A program made the position numbers and the translations under genes. The notes under the pieces were generated by a model. The model was not told the origin of the DNA and did no database searches. It worked only from the letters and a program-made list of their open reading frames with translations. A stretch of 53,908 bases of DNA. Source: a virus. Lineage: Duplodnaviria; Caudoviricetes. Shown here piece after piece: positions 53,622 through 53,908 of the stretch. Position 1 is the stretch's first letter, and every line of letters starts with the position of its first letter. Where the stretch lies: IMG/VR virus record IMGVR_UViG_3300025154_000129, positions 1-53,908 of that record. One strand, written 5' to 3'.

Positions 53622-53908
53622 TTTAATTCTCCTTTCTCTCTCATTGTTAATTTCCCACCTCTAGCTTATTCTAGTGCAGGAGAGAAAAGGCAGCGAAGCT
53701 GCCCTCTCTCTTACACACTAGACCCAAGCAGGATTTCTATTCTCAATAATCATAAACAAATCCCAAAAGGTCTTGTCAACAATCTTGTTATACTCTGCCC
53801 TTGCAGCATACCTAACCTTGTCATACTCTGCCCTTGCAGGATCGACAATCTTGTCAAACTCTGCCCTTGCAGGATCGACAATCTTGTCACGCTCTGCCCT
53901 TGCAGCAT
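53619..53908 (-). repeat. Cassette repeat copy 3 (cut by window edge)
   Basis: Same leader, terminator (53680-53710) and gene 3' end; offset 3969 bp from copy 1. Confidence 0.95.
53718..53908 (-). CDS. Hendecad-repeat protein, third paralog (3' part, about 4 units visible)
   Basis: Hand translation ..AARAERDKIV DPARAEFDKIV DPARAEYDKVR YAARAEYNKIV DKTFWDLFMIIENRNPAWV*. Confidence 0.85.
   Translation of the reverse strand, partial: AARAERDKIVDPARAEFDKIVDPARAEYDKVRYAARAEYNKIVDKTFWDLFMIIENRNPAWV

Noticed and set aside
52951-53664. 237-aa plus-strand ORF
   Set aside because: Antisense shadow of the DUF2786 gene with no recognisable motifs
49749-53908. Diversity-generating retroelement (TR/VR pairs)
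   Set aside because: No reverse transcriptase in the window; differences are not adenine-specific and involve unit number and order
1-53908. Stop-codon reassignment
   Set aside because: Long genes are intact in the standard code and TAA, TAG and TGA all end genes at tight junctions

Overview
Fragment of a large tailed dsDNA phage (siphovirus-type tail, AT-rich, standard genetic code). On the + strand (about 0.1-15.6 kb) is a late module: tape measure, lambda M/L/K/J-like tail tip, beta-helix tailspike, lipoprotein, holin-like gene and further fibre-like genes. On the - strand (about 15.7-53.9 kb) lie (i) repair, recombination and replication genes (DenV-like glycosylase, split SbcC plus SbcD, resolvase, 5'-3' exonuclease, RecA, gp32-like SSB, UvsY-like, DnaX-like loader, UDG-fused PolA, beta clamp, DnaB, primase, UvsW-like helicase); (ii) a 7-deazaguanine DNA-modification cluster (folE, queD, queE, DpdL-like, DpdA-like, no queC in the window) with a GT-B glycosyltransferase, an unknown gene and a cupin embedded in it; and (iii) an early region with three near-identical cassettes, each encoding a protein with a variable array of 33-bp/11-aa repeats and alternating with unique genes. 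The best leads are a possible glycosylated 7-deazaguanine hypermodification with an apparently split DpdA, the shuffled repeat-cassette array, a 152-nt tRNA-like RNA with an expanded interior, and a hydrophobic-basic tag shared by several replication proteins. All family calls come from motif recognition by eye; no searches were run.
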